Positions 48,262-58,472 are shown, counted from the stretch's first letter. The stretch: DNA of 64,000 nucleotides from Lentisphaeria bacterium (GCA_041690595.1 JAWLHB010000002.1:124001-188000), one strand, 5' to 3'. Notes: generated by a model from the sequence alone, not told the origin. Program-made: numbers and translations.

Positions 48262-50025
48262 ATGCCAGTCCTTGTCGACAAGCTCCGCATCTCCAACTTC
48301 CGCTCTCTGGCAAACGTGGAGCTTTCGTTGTCGCGGACAACGGTGCTGGTGGGGATGAACAATTCGGGCAAGAGCAGCGTTCTCAAGGCGCTTCAGCTTG
48401 CACTCGGAGCCGAGCGTCGCATCGTTGGCGCCGAAGACTTCCACTCCGACGGCGTCAGCCAGCAACTGGACGAGCCGATCCTCATCGACCTCCGCATCAT
48501 CCCTGTCGACACAGAAGGTCACCGCACCGATCTGTTCGATGCGGTCTGGACTCAGACGGATTTTCTCGAAAAGAGCATCGTTATGGATGATGACAGGAAC
48601 CGGCAATATGTGGTGGTGCGTACGCGGATCGCCTTCGATGAGGGACGAAGCGATTACGTGATCAAGCGAACCGCCCTGGCGAGTTGGCCTGACGCGGAAT
48701 CCTGGACATCGTATACGCAGGAGGTGGAACGCTTTCCCAGAACCTTCAATCACCTGCTGGCCTTCTTCATGGATGCCCAGCGTGATATCGTGGCAGATTT
48801 GCAGAGCCGGGGTTCATACATCGGTCGCCTGCTTTCGAAAGTGGACATACCCGAGCAAACGGTTCAAGAGTTGGAGCAACGGCTTCGCGAGTTGAACGAC
48901 GAAATCGTGGGCAACAGCAGTATTCTGAAACACTTGCAGGCCAAGCTTCAGGAATTGAAGCAAACAGTCACCTCGTTCGGCGAGTCCGTGGAGATTACCC
49001 CGATTACCAAATCGATACGCGACCTCCACAAGGGGCTGAACGTGGAGTTCAAGGACGGGGCAGGCCCGGCATTTTCACTGGATTACCATGGCATGGGAAC
49101 CCGAAGCTGGACAGCTCTGCTCACCTACCAGGCCTATGTAACCTGGCTGGAGAAGCAGGCCGCGGCAGACTTGGGAAAGCCATACCATCCCCTCTTACTG
49201 CTCGAAGAGCCCGAAGCCCATCTTCACCCCAATGCCCAGCGCCAACTCTATAAGCAACTGCAGGGCAGTCTCGGCCAGCAAGTCCTCAGCACCCACTCGC
49301 CCTATGTGGCGGCGCAGGCCGAACTGGAGGATCTGCGTTTCATGCGCAAGCAAGGAGCTGCTTGCCGGGTCAAGCAGTTTGGCACCGCCGACCTGGATGT
49401 CGACCAGTTGCGCAAGGTGCGGCGCGAAGTGATGCACACCCGGGGTGAGTTACTCTTCGCGCGAGCGATCGTTCTCGTTGAGGGCGAAACGGAGGAGCAG
49501 GCATTCCCGATCCTTGCCCGTGCCTGGTTCAAGCGAGACGATTTCGAGTTGGGCGTCCTGCTCATCGCTGTCGGCGGCCCCAACTATGTGCCATTCGTGC
49601 GGCTGGCCGAGGCCATGGATCTGCCTTGGCTGATCTTCAGCGATGCGGAGGAACAGCCCAAACGCGAACTGGGCCGAGCCTTGAGCAGACTGGGCCTGGA
49701 ATTAACGGATGAGCGCATCGTCCTGCTGCCCGACGGCCAGAATATCGAAACCTACTTGGTAGATCAGGGCTTCCAGGACACGCTGAAGGAAGGATTCAAG
49801 CAGCAGCTTCGTGCCGAGCGCTTGAACCCACGCCATGAAGCCGCGTCCATCTCAAAGATTGAGGGGTGGACAGATGACGAACTGCGCGACGAGATGCAAA
49901 AGAACAAGACCGGCGTGGCGGCCTGGTGGGGACGCGCACTTGCCGCACGTCCCACAGAAGAATGGCCCGAGAAATTGCGAGTGCTGATGAATAAGCTAGG
50001 TGACAAGTCAGGAGTTCAACCATGA
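48262..50025 (+). CDS. gajA: OLD-family ATP-dependent nuclease (ABC ATPase plus TOPRIM), Gabija GajA-like
   Basis: NFRS, GMNNSGKS, GMG, LEEPEAHLHPNAQ, STHSP, LVEGETE, FSDAE; AGGAG RBS. Confidence 0.8.
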   Translation: MPVLVDKLRISNFRSLANVELSLSRTTVLVGMNNSGKSSVLKALQLALGAERRIVGAEDFHSDGVSQQLDEPILIDLRIIPVDTEGHRTDLFDAVWTQTDFLEKSIVMDDDRNRQYVVVRTRIAFDEGRSDYVIKRTALASWPDAESWTSYTQEVERFPRTFNHLLAFFMDAQRDIVADLQSRGSYIGRLLSKVDIPEQTVQELEQRLRELNDEIVGNSSILKHLQAKLQELKQTVTSFGESVEITPITKSIRDLHKGLNVEFKDGAGPAFSLDYHGMGTRSWTALLTYQAYVTWLEKQAAADLGKPYHPLLLLEEPEAHLHPNAQRQLYKQLQGSLGQQVLSTHSPYVAAQAELEDLRFMRKQGAACRVKQFGTADLDVDQLRKVRREVMHTRGELLFARAIVLVEGETEEQAFPILARAWFKRDDFELGVLLIAVGGPNYVPFVRLAEAMDLPWLIFSDAEEQPKRELGRALSRLGLELTDERIVLLPDGQNIETYLVDQGFQDTLKEGFKQQLRAERLNPRHEAASISKIEGWTDDELRDEMQKNKTGVAAWWGRALAARPTEEWPEKLRVLMNKLGDKSGVQP

Positions 50026-51947
50026 GTGTCCTGCTATCCCCCGAACAGAAGGAAATCGTCCAGGCACCCGCGGGCGCCTATCTGGTCCTTGCTGCCGCCG
50101 GCAGCGGGAAGACTCGTGTCCTCACCGAGCGGATCCGATACCTGCTTCAAACGCGGACCACTCCGGCCAAGATCATGGCGCTGACCTTCACCAACAATGC
50201 TGCCGAGGAGATGCGCTCCCGGCTGGCGGGGCTACCGGACCTCTCCCGCTCTACCTACATCGGCACCATTCACAGCTTCTGCCAGCAGGTCGTGGAATCT
50301 CAATATCGGACGATCGGCCTGGATCGCCCACCCACGATCCTCGAAGGTGAGGCCGATCACCTCGAAATGCTCGAAGCCGTGATCGAGGATAATCCGGTAC
50401 TCAAGGCGCGATATAAGGAGAAGCGGGACAAACGCTGGCTCTACAAGGTTCGCGAGCATTTCAGCAAACGCAAACGCCAACTCGAAGGCTATGGGCCACT
50501 ACCCGTGAAGTGGCAAAACGAATTCGAGGAAATGCTCTATACGCACTACAACGAACGCATGCAGAGCCAGTCGATAATCGACTTCGACGACATCCTTATC
50601 CTCGCCTATCGGATCTTCACCGAACGCCACTCCGTGCTCGCCCTGTACCAGCGGACCTACGCCCACTTCTGCATGGATGAGGCTCAGGATCTGAACTTCG
50701 CTCAATACACCCTGATTCGCACCCTGGCCAGTGAGAGTGGCAGCATCCTTATGGTAGGGGATCCCAATCAGGCCATCTACGGCTTCAACGGATCGAGTCC
50801 CGATTTCATGCTCACCAACTTTCCCGACGATTTCGATGTTCGCAAGATCGAACTGCGGAAGAACTACCGATCCACCAGGGCCATCATTCGCGCAGCCAAC
50901 AGCCTCTATCCAGACAGCATCGACGAGAGCCTCGCACCGCTGCAAGGTCAAATTGTCACGAAAGCCCTGGCGGACGAGGAAGCCGAGGCCGCCTGGGTCA
51001 TGGACCAGATAAGCGGGCTGCTTGCAGCCGAAAACCTCCCGGACATCGAGGGCAACCTCACCCCGGAGCGCATCGTGGTCCTGGCCAGAAACAGGTATAT
51101 CTTCACCCCCCTTGAAAAGGCGCTGGACGCCGCTGGCATCGCGTGGTACAGGCGGGAATCCGGCGAAAAATCCCCCCTGGAGTCCGAACTGGGCCAGGCC
51201 TATGATCTGGGACTCAGACTCCTCATCAACTCTCAGGATATGCTGCACTGGGGGCAGCTTTGCCAGTTGACGCGGAGCGGCAATCAAGTGCGAAGCCAGG
51301 GAGATGCCATGCAGGATCTTGAAACACTGGCCGACCATGTCGATGAATCGTGGCAATTACCTTTCCGATGGCTCCTGCGGGCATGGCGTATGATCCAGTC
51401 AAGAATCGATGCTTTTCCCGTTGCGGCGGAAAGCATTTTGCAGGGCATCAATGCCTCCATGACGGACGATGACACCACCAGGGCACGCATGGAGTTGGCC
51501 GTACTGGACTTCGAGTTTCTCAAGGAATGCTGGAAGAACTATGCGTCAAGTGTTCAGGCCGACAGCCGAACGCTTCTCCACTTCCGCAATCAGTTGGCCA
51601 TGGGTGTGACCAATCGCAGGCCAGAGAAGGATGGTATCGCCCTGAGCACCGTCCATGCCGCCAAAGGAGTCGAACGCGATGTCGTCTTCCTGATTGGCAT
51701 GTCACAAGGCACCTTCCCCGATTACCGCGCCGTGAATAAAGGCGGCAAGGCAATGGAGGAAGAGAAGAACGAGGCATTTGTAGCCGTCACCCGCGCCCGC
51801 CGCTATCTCTTCATCAGCTGGCCGCGCAAGCGATACATCGCCAGCTGGTATAGCCACAAACCACAGGAACCCTCTCAATTCCTGGCGAACATGCACGCTT
51901 ACGGGCAGGACGATGCCGATCAGTCACGATGGGTTGCCGAAGACTGA
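50022..51947 (+). CDS. gajB: UvrD/REP superfamily 1 helicase, Gabija GajB-like
   Basis: AAAGSGKT, LTFTNNAA, GTIHSF, DEAQD, VGDPNQAIYGF, NYRS, STVHAAKG.E, FVAVTRA; ATGA overlap with the OLD gene. Confidence 0.8.
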   Translation: MSVLLSPEQKEIVQAPAGAYLVLAAAGSGKTRVLTERIRYLLQTRTTPAKIMALTFTNNAAEEMRSRLAGLPDLSRSTYIGTIHSFCQQVVESQYRTIGLDRPPTILEGEADHLEMLEAVIEDNPVLKARYKEKRDKRWLYKVREHFSKRKRQLEGYGPLPVKWQNEFEEMLYTHYNERMQSQSIIDFDDILILAYRIFTERHSVLALYQRTYAHFCMDEAQDLNFAQYTLIRTLASESGSILMVGDPNQAIYGFNGSSPDFMLTNFPDDFDVRKIELRKNYRSTRAIIRAANSLYPDSIDESLAPLQGQIVTKALADEEAEAAWVMDQISGLLAAENLPDIEGNLTPERIVVLARNRYIFTPLEKALDAAGIAWYRRESGEKSPLESELGQAYDLGLRLLINSQDMLHWGQLCQLTRSGNQVRSQGDAMQDLETLADHVDESWQLPFRWLLRAWRMIQSRIDAFPVAAESILQGINASMTDDDTTRARMELAVLDFEFLKECWKNYASSVQADSRTLLHFRNQLAMGVTNRRPEKDGIALSTVHAAKGVERDVVFLIGMSQGTFPDYRAVNKGGKAMEEEKNEAFVAVTRARRYLFISWPRKRYIASWYSHKPQEPSQFLANMHAYGQDDADQSRWVAED

Positions 51948-51963
51948 ACTCGAAGACACTCAG

Positions 51964-52061
51964 GCCTCTCCCATCTCCGTGCCTCCGTGTCTCCGTGGTC
52001 CCCCCCCCTGCTGCGATCTTTGCGATCTCTGCGTTCTTTGTGGTTAATTCCTGCCGCGTCC
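51964..52061 (+). repeat. Junction repeat copy 3
   Basis: Same two blocks, with an extra 9-mer (TGCGATCTT TGCGATCTC TGCGTTCTT). Confidence 0.9.
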
Positions 52062-52070
52062 CTGCGTACT

Positions 52071-52745
52071 TCAGCGGGGTGCGAGGTGGGTCCAGGGCGC
52101 GGCCGTGGGAAACGGGGCCTGAATCACAAGGGGGGTGCGGAGGGTGGGATGCACAATGGTCAACTCACGATGATGCAGGGCAACTGCCTCGTTGTCGAGC
52201 GCTTTCCTGCTTCCATAGCGGAGGTCGCCGAGGATGGGGCTGCCGGCGTAGGCGAACTGCGCGCGTATCTGATGATAGCGGCCAGTCTCCAACTGGATCT
52301 CAAAGAGATAGAGCTTGCCGATCTGACGCGTCAGCCGATAGTGGAGCCGGGCAAGCTTCGCCCCGGAACGGCTTTCGCTTACAACGCTCGCCTCATGGGA
52401 GCCATGGCGCAGGTAGTTCTCCAGGCTTCCTTCCGCGATCCCATTCGGCACGGCATCGGTGATGGCAAAGTAGAACTTGCCGACATCCCGGTCGCGCATC
52501 GCGGCGCTCAGTCGCGAGGCGGCTTTGCTGGTGCAGGCAAAGAGCACCGCCCCGCTCACCTGACGGTCGAGACGGTGAACGGCTTCCAGCCAGACCTCCC
52601 CCGGCTTGCCACGGCTCTCCCGGATGTAGCCCTTCGCCCACGTTTCCAGGCTTTCCGTTTCCACGGGAGAAGGCTGGGTGAGCATGCCCGCCGGCTTGTT
52701 GACGGCAAAGAGATGATTGTCCTCGTAGAGGATGGCATCTTTCAT
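52071..52745 (-). CDS. RluA-family RNA pseudouridine synthase
   Basis: VNKPAG, VHRLDRQVSG, LETGRYHQIR, PILGDLRYG. Confidence 0.92.
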   Translation of the reverse strand: MKDAILYEDNHLFAVNKPAGMLTQPSPVETESLETWAKGYIRESRGKPGEVWLEAVHRLDRQVSGAVLFACTSKAASRLSAAMRDRDVGKFYFAITDAVPNGIAEGSLENYLRHGSHEASVVSESRSGAKLARLHYRLTRQIGKLYLFEIQLETGRYHQIRAQFAYAGSPILGDLRYGSRKALDNEAVALHHRELTIVHPTLRTPLVIQAPFPTAAPWTHLAPR

Positions 52746-53590
52746 GGCACCAGCTCCCGGGCTCGCCAGCCGGCAAAGGCGCCAATCGGCAGCGGGAGTA
52801 CGGCGGAATCGCCGGTCAATGTCATTTCGGCATAGTCGATCTGACCCTGGATGCCGTTCATCATGTCGTCGAGGAGGTGGTGCAGCACGAGGGGTGTATA
52901 ACCTTGGGCGTGGCAGGTGAGGATGACGAAACGGGGCTTGGGAGTCATCAATTGGCGGCAGAGCTGCAGAACTTCCCGAAGGTCCAGCTCGATCTTGAAA
53001 ACTTCGCCTTTCGGCCCGCGGCCATAATTTGGCGGGTCGAGAATGAAGCCGTCATAGCGCCGATCACGGCGGGTTTCGCGGCGCAGGAACTTGATCACGT
53101 CGTCGGCGATCCACCGGATCGGCTTCGCGTCAAGGCCGTTGAGCTTCGCGTTGTCGCGCGCCCAGTCGTTGATCTTGCGGGCCGCATCCAGATGGCAGAC
53201 TTCGGCACCCGCACGCGCGGCGGCAAGGGTAGCCGCGCCCGTATAGGCAAAGAGATTGAGGACGTTGAGAGGACGTTTCGATCGCTCGATGGCATCCACC
53301 ATCCAGCGCCAGGCGTGCAGATGCTCCGGAAAGAGACCCAGATGGCCGAAATCGGTCGGGTGGGTGACCAGGCGAAGGCCATCCAGCGTCGTCTCCCACT
53401 CGTCCGGCATCTGCTGCTTGACCCACTCGTTGCCCCCCTCCCGCACAAAGCGGCCATGGGCTCGCTGCCAGACCTTGTCGGGAAGGCGGGGCTTCCAGGC
53501 TGCCTGCCCGCTGGGGCGGTCAACGAGGATCTCGCCGAAGCGCTCCAGTTTGCGGCCATTGCCGCTGTCGATAAGGGCGTAGTCGGTCAT
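52742..53590 (-). CDS. Class I SAM-dependent methyltransferase (RlmI/RlmK-like)
   Basis: DSGNGRKLERFG, GLFPE, LNLFAYTG, ILDPPNYGRG. Confidence 0.88.
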   Translation of the reverse strand: MTDYALIDSGNGRKLERFGEILVDRPSGQAAWKPRLPDKVWQRAHGRFVREGGNEWVKQQMPDEWETTLDGLRLVTHPTDFGHLGLFPEHLHAWRWMVDAIERSKRPLNVLNLFAYTGAATLAAARAGAEVCHLDAARKINDWARDNAKLNGLDAKPIRWIADDVIKFLRRETRRDRRYDGFILDPPNYGRGPKGEVFKIELDLREVLQLCRQLMTPKPRFVILTCHAQGYTPLVLHHLLDDMMNGIQGQIDYAEMTLTGDSAVLPLPIGAFAGWRARELVP

Positions 53591-53686
53591 CGTCCAAAGG
53601 GGGTGAGAGGTCTGTTCATGGGGGTACGATGGCTTGCGCCGAGCGGATTGTCAACCGGCAGGGAGCCGATGCGGACCCTCCGAAGG

Positions 53687-55162
53687 CTACGGCTGGAGTT
53701 CCTCTTCGCCGAGCCAGCGAAGCTGCGGCCACCAGGGGGGACCGGTATTGGGCTGGGGTTTGCCCGGCGTGCTGCGACCCTCGCGGATGTAACGCGTGAG
53801 CAGCGCCTGCAATTCCGCGACGACCTGCGGATGCTCATCGAAGACATTCCGGCGCTCGCTGATATCCGCGGCAAGATCGTAAAGCTGCATGGGCGGCAGA
53901 CCGGACACCTCATCGCGGCCGGGAACCGGAAAACTCCAGCCGCCGGAGTCGGGGCAAAGCTCCAGTTTCCATTGACCCTTGCGGATGGAGAAGGAGCCGT
54001 TGACGGAGTGATGCACCGTCGCTTCGCGCAGGCTCCGATGATCCGCCTCGCCGCGCCAGAGTGGAAGATTGCTCACGCTGTCCTCCCCAGCGGTGTCTGG
54101 AAGGATCCCCCCCACCACCTCGGCCATGGTGGCAAACAGGTCGGCCAGGCAGACGGTCTGATCGCAGACCCCGTGGCCGCCAATGGCGTCAGGCCACCGG
54201 ACCAGCAGCGGGATGCGGTGCCCCCCCTCGTAGATGTCCGCCTTGTGGCCGCGGAAGATGTAGCTGGGATGATGCCCCGCCTGCGCAAGCTCGGGAAAAT
54301 CGGCCATGGGCGAGCAGCCATTGTCGCTGGCGAAGATGAAGATCGTGTTGTCGCCAATGCCGAGCGAATCGACGGTGGCCATCAGCTGACCGACCGTGTC
54401 GTCAACCTGCAGACAGAAGTCCCCATAGTCGTTCGTGCCGCTTTCGCCCTGGAACTGTGGAAGTGGGAGGATCGGCGTATGCGGGGCGGGAAGCGGATAG
54501 TAGAGGAAGAAGGGCTTCTCGTCGGCAGCCTGCTCTTCGATGAAGCCGATGGCTTTCCGCGTCAGTGTCGGCAGGACCTGTTCGAAGTCGAAATCGGGGG
54601 CGATCGGACCGGGCCGCCAGAAGCGCTTGCCGCTGCTGCCGGGCGTTTCATCGATGGGGACCGCCGTAACCCGATCGTTCTCGACGTAGACATAAGGAGC
54701 CATGTCCAGCGAGGCGGAGATGCCGAAGAAGTAGTCGAAACCGCGCGTGGTAGGGCCCTCCTGGATGGGCTGGGTGAAATCGACGGTGGCGTCGGAATCG
54801 CCCGAATTGGCCCAACTCCAGCCAAGGTGCCACTTGCCTATACAGCCGGTGGTGTAGCCGTGGTCGCGCAGGAAACCAGCGACGGTCGTGCGATCCTTCT
54901 CGATGATCGCCTCGGAGTAGCCGAGGGTGACGCCGGCCTTGAGGATCGAACGCCAGTTGTAGCGCCCCGTGAGAATGCTGTAACGAGACGGCGTGCAGAC
55001 CGCCGAACTGGCGTGTGCATCTCGAAAGATCATCCCCTCGCGGGCGAGACGGTCAAGATGCGTCGTGCGGATCTTCGAATCCGCATTCAGGCAGGAGAGA
55101 TCCCCAAACCCCATGTCGTCAGCCAGGATGTAGACCAGATTCGGGCGCGTACTGAAGCTCAT
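53687..55162 (-). CDS. Arylsulfatase (Cys type)
   Basis: PNLVYILADDMGFGD, VCTPSRYSILTG, GKWHLG, SDNG, YEGGHR. Confidence 0.92.
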   Translation of the reverse strand: MSFSTRPNLVYILADDMGFGDLSCLNADSKIRTTHLDRLAREGMIFRDAHASSAVCTPSRYSILTGRYNWRSILKAGVTLGYSEAIIEKDRTTVAGFLRDHGYTTGCIGKWHLGWSWANSGDSDATVDFTQPIQEGPTTRGFDYFFGISASLDMAPYVYVENDRVTAVPIDETPGSSGKRFWRPGPIAPDFDFEQVLPTLTRKAIGFIEEQAADEKPFFLYYPLPAPHTPILPLPQFQGESGTNDYGDFCLQVDDTVGQLMATVDSLGIGDNTIFIFASDNGCSPMADFPELAQAGHHPSYIFRGHKADIYEGGHRIPLLVRWPDAIGGHGVCDQTVCLADLFATMAEVVGGILPDTAGEDSVSNLPLWRGEADHRSLREATVHHSVNGSFSIRKGQWKLELCPDSGGWSFPVPGRDEVSGLPPMQLYDLAADISERRNVFDEHPQVVAELQALLTRYIREGRSTPGKPQPNTGPPWWPQLRWLGEEELQP

Positions 55163-55217
55163 GGATCATTCCTTCCGCGGAAATGCAGGGTGGACAACGG
55201 CAGCGAAGGCGGAACCT

Positions 55218-55532
55218 TCAGTCGCTGGAGAGAGGAGGATACGCTCCAACCATCTGGAGCAGATCGGCAACCGAGCAACTGGCCTCCACGGGGTGGCGCA
55301 GGGGATGACGGGGATGCACCGTGTAATGATTTCTGCGGCCGTGGCGCTGGCGGGTGATGATCCCCCCGGCTTCGAGATCCTGAAGGATCTTCTGCACGGC
55401 ACGCTCGGTTATGCCCACTTCGCCAGCCATGTCACGCAGCCGCATGAATGGGTCCCGCGAAAGACAGATCAGCACGTGAGAATGATTGGTCAGAAAAGTC
55501 CAGGAGGATGGCTCCCGAGCTGTTGTTGCCAT
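55218..55532 (-). CDS. Winged helix-turn-helix transcriptional regulator
   Basis: WTFLTNHSHVL..RLRDMA..GITERAVQKIL..GRRNHY..PLRHP. Confidence 0.85.
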   Translation of the reverse strand: MATTAREPSSWTFLTNHSHVLICLSRDPFMRLRDMAGEVGITERAVQKILQDLEAGGIITRQRHGRRNHYTVHPRHPLRHPVEASCSVADLLQMVGAYPPLSSD

Positions 55533-55543
55533 CGACGAATTCC

Positions 55544-55572
55544 TTGACAAAGTTGCAATATCAAGATAGGCT
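55544..55572 (+). promoter_or_regulatory. Sigma70 promoter upstream of ppc
   Basis: TTGACA-17 bp-TAGGCT. Confidence 0.6.
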
Positions 55573-55676
55573 AGGTCGCGAGTCTCGTTCCCCTTTTACC
55601 CTAAACTACTGCTGCATGTTTGCCAATGCGGGTCGTGAATATTGCCCGTGACGGCTGACTGCCGACTGGAGCCGCT

Positions 55677-58442
55677 ATGCCACTGCGGGCCTTTCCCGAT
55701 TTCCACGACATCCACCTCGACTTTGCCTCCTACGGGCTGACCCCCAGCCTCGCGGAGCGCCTCGACATGCTTCTGCGTATGCTCTCCCGAGCCTTGTACA
55801 CCGAATCCGGCCAAGCCACCTATGCCGTCTTTCGCGAGTTGATCGAGACCACCCTGCAGCCGGACAGACAGCCCTCCCGCCTGGACACCCTCGCCGCACG
55901 ACTACAGCAAATGCCGCACCCGCAACTCCAGGACGTCCTCCGTGCGCTCACCGCGTTCTTTCACCTCGCCAACCGCTCCGAGCAGCAGGAGATCGCCCGC
56001 ATCAACCGCCAGCGCGATCGCGACGCTACCCTCGATCGACCACGCCCGGAATCCATTGCCGCCGCGATTCACGACCTCAAGAAGAACGGCTACACCCTCG
56101 AAGACGTCCTGAACCTGTTGCAGCGGCTCGACATCCTCCCCACCCTGACCGCCCATCCCACCGAAGCCCGCCGCCGATCCATCCTCACCAAGCAGGACCG
56201 CATCGCGGAATTGACCGATCTCCACTTCTCCCCACAGGCCACCGCCGAGACACGAGAACAGGCACAACGCCAGATCTTCCAGCAGATCAGCCTCCTCCTC
56301 GCGACCAGCGAGTCACGGGAGGATCGGATCACCGTCGAGCGCGAAGTTGCCCATGGACTCTATTTCCTCACAACCTCCATCTGGAACATGGTGCCCCGCC
56401 TCTACTGGGATCTGCACCGGGCGCTGCGCGACGAATACGGCGCCACCAACCTCAATCTGCCCATCGTCCTGCGGTATCGATCATGGATCGGCAGCGACCG
56501 CGACGGAAATCCCTTTGTGACCGCCGACGTCACCCGCCGGACGCTCCTGCGCCATCGCCACACGGTCATCGAGCTGCACATCGAGGCACTGCTGGCCCTC
56601 CGCCACGACCTGAGCATCTCCAGCCGGCTGGTCGAGCCGCCGCGCGAGCTGCTGACCTCCATCGCCGCCGATCATGCCCTGTTGGCCGATGCCGCGCCGA
56701 CCACCTATGCCCGGGAACCCTTCCGCGAAAAACTGGACCTCATGGTCGCGCGCCTTCGCGATCAGCTCGCGGAACACCCGCGCTTCACCTGTACCGCGAC
56801 GAACCTCGTCGAGGACCTGGAACTCTTGCGGCGGTCGCTGAAAGAATGCCTTCGCGGTCCCCTCGGCACCTCCGACCGCCTCGACGAGGCCCTGATTCGC
56901 GCGCGCACCTTCGGCCTGCATCTCGCCGCCCTCGACATCCGACAGCACAGCCAGGTCCACGCCGCGGCAGTGGGCGATCTGCTGCGCCTGGGCGGCGTGG
57001 AGCCGGATTACAATCGACTCCAGGAAGACGCGCGCATCGCGCTGCTCTCGGCGGAACTAAGCAGCCCACGACCGCTGCTGCCGAGGCTGGCTACCCCGGA
57101 GGCCGGTACCCGGGAGCTCCTCGCGACCTTCACGGTCATCCGTGAAGCGATCGACCGCGATGCGGATTCCATTGGCGCCTATGTGATCAGTATGACACAC
57201 GAGGTGAGCCAGGTTCTCGAAGTCCTGCTGCTGGCCAAGGAAGCAGGCCTCTGGGCCTATGCCGATGGCGCCGCCAGCTGCCCGCTCGACATCGTGCCCT
57301 TGTTCGAGACGATCCAGGATCTTGAGCGTGCGGAAGAACTCATGACCCAGCTCTTCACCCACCAGGTCTACGGGGCTCACCTCGAGAATCGCCAGCGCCG
57401 GCAGGAGATCATGCTCGGCTATTCCGACAGCAACAAGGATGGCGGCTTCTGGTCGGCCAACTGGGCGCTGCATCAGGCGCAGGAGCGTCTCTGCCAGGTC
57501 TGCGAGAAGCATCGCGTCAAGGTCCGCCTCTTTCATGGACGCGGCGGCACCGTGGGACGCGGCGGTGGGCGGACCAACGCCGCCATCCTGGCACTCCCCC
57601 CGGCAGCCCGAAGCGGCAGCATCCGCTACACCGAACAGGGCGAAGTCATCACCTTCCGCTATGCGCTCGACGATATTGCCCGGCGTCACACCGAGCAGGT
57701 GGTACACGCGCTCCTCGTCGCCGATCACCTTCAGGATACCGCTACGGCGCCAGTCGGCGTCTTCAGCCGCCGGATGGAGCAGCTCGCCGCCGACTCGCTC
57801 GAGAGTTACCGCGCCTTCATTCTTGACCCACGCTTCTGGGACTGGTATCGGCAGGCGACGCCCATCGAGTACATCAGCAAGCTGCGCATTGCCTCCCGAC
57901 CCGTCTCGCGTACCGCCAGCGACGAGGTCGATTTCGAAGGGCTGCGCGCCATTCCCTGGGTCTTCGCATGGACGCAGACACGCTACAACGTTCCCGGCTG
58001 GTACGGGATCGGGCGCGCCCTTCGCCAGGCGGTGAGCGACGCCGACACTCTCGCCATGCTGCGCGGCTGGTACCGGCACAACAGCTTCTTCCGTACCATA
58101 CTGGGGAACGCCGAGCTGGAAATGGCCCGCTGCCGTCTCCCGGTGGCCGAGCGCTACAGTAAGCACTGCGATACGGGTCTGCACGACCTCCTGGCAGCGG
58201 AGTTCAGCGCCGCGCGCGAAGCCCTCCTGCAGATCGTCGAAGGTGAGGAACTACTCGATCGTACACCCGTGATCCAGCGCTCGATTCGCCTCCGCAATCC
58301 CCTCTGCGACATCCTCAACCTCTGCCAGATCGAGCTGCTCCGGCGCGTTCAACACAGCGATACCGACGACGCCGACCTGCTTCGCCACGACATCTTCCTC
58401 AGCATCAACGGCATCGCCGCCGCCATGCAAAGCACCGGCTGA
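55677..58442 (+). CDS. ppc: Phosphoenolpyruvate carboxylase
   Basis: TAHPTE, SWIGSDRDGNP, VPLFET, IMLGYSDSNKDGG, FHGRGGTVGRGGG, LRAIPWVFAWTQ, GIAAAMQSTG. Confidence 0.96.
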   Translation: MPLRAFPDFHDIHLDFASYGLTPSLAERLDMLLRMLSRALYTESGQATYAVFRELIETTLQPDRQPSRLDTLAARLQQMPHPQLQDVLRALTAFFHLANRSEQQEIARINRQRDRDATLDRPRPESIAAAIHDLKKNGYTLEDVLNLLQRLDILPTLTAHPTEARRRSILTKQDRIAELTDLHFSPQATAETREQAQRQIFQQISLLLATSESREDRITVEREVAHGLYFLTTSIWNMVPRLYWDLHRALRDEYGATNLNLPIVLRYRSWIGSDRDGNPFVTADVTRRTLLRHRHTVIELHIEALLALRHDLSISSRLVEPPRELLTSIAADHALLADAAPTTYAREPFREKLDLMVARLRDQLAEHPRFTCTATNLVEDLELLRRSLKECLRGPLGTSDRLDEALIRARTFGLHLAALDIRQHSQVHAAAVGDLLRLGGVEPDYNRLQEDARIALLSAELSSPRPLLPRLATPEAGTRELLATFTVIREAIDRDADSIGAYVISMTHEVSQVLEVLLLAKEAGLWAYADGAASCPLDIVPLFETIQDLERAEELMTQLFTHQVYGAHLENRQRRQEIMLGYSDSNKDGGFWSANWALHQAQERLCQVCEKHRVKVRLFHGRGGTVGRGGGRTNAAILALPPAARSGSIRYTEQGEVITFRYALDDIARRHTEQVVHALLVADHLQDTATAPVGVFSRRMEQLAADSLESYRAFILDPRFWDWYRQATPIEYISKLRIASRPVSRTASDEVDFEGLRAIPWVFAWTQTRYNVPGWYGIGRALRQAVSDADTLAMLRGWYRHNSFFRTILGNAELEMARCRLPVAERYSKHCDTGLHDLLAAEFSAAREALLQIVEGEELLDRTPVIQRSIRLRNPLCDILNLCQIELLRRVQHSDTDDADLLRHDIFLSINGIAAAMQSTG

Positions 58443-58472
58443 GAACAACCCACCACATTCGGCCAGACGATC

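Noticed and set aside
42944..51947. Intact prophage or PICI
   Set aside because: No integrase, primase, portal, capsid, tail or lysis genes are present.
42712..52061. Junction repeats as integron attC sites or IS ends
   Set aside because: They are not palindromic, have no RYYYAAC/GTTRRRY pairing, and no integrase, transposase or target duplication was seen.
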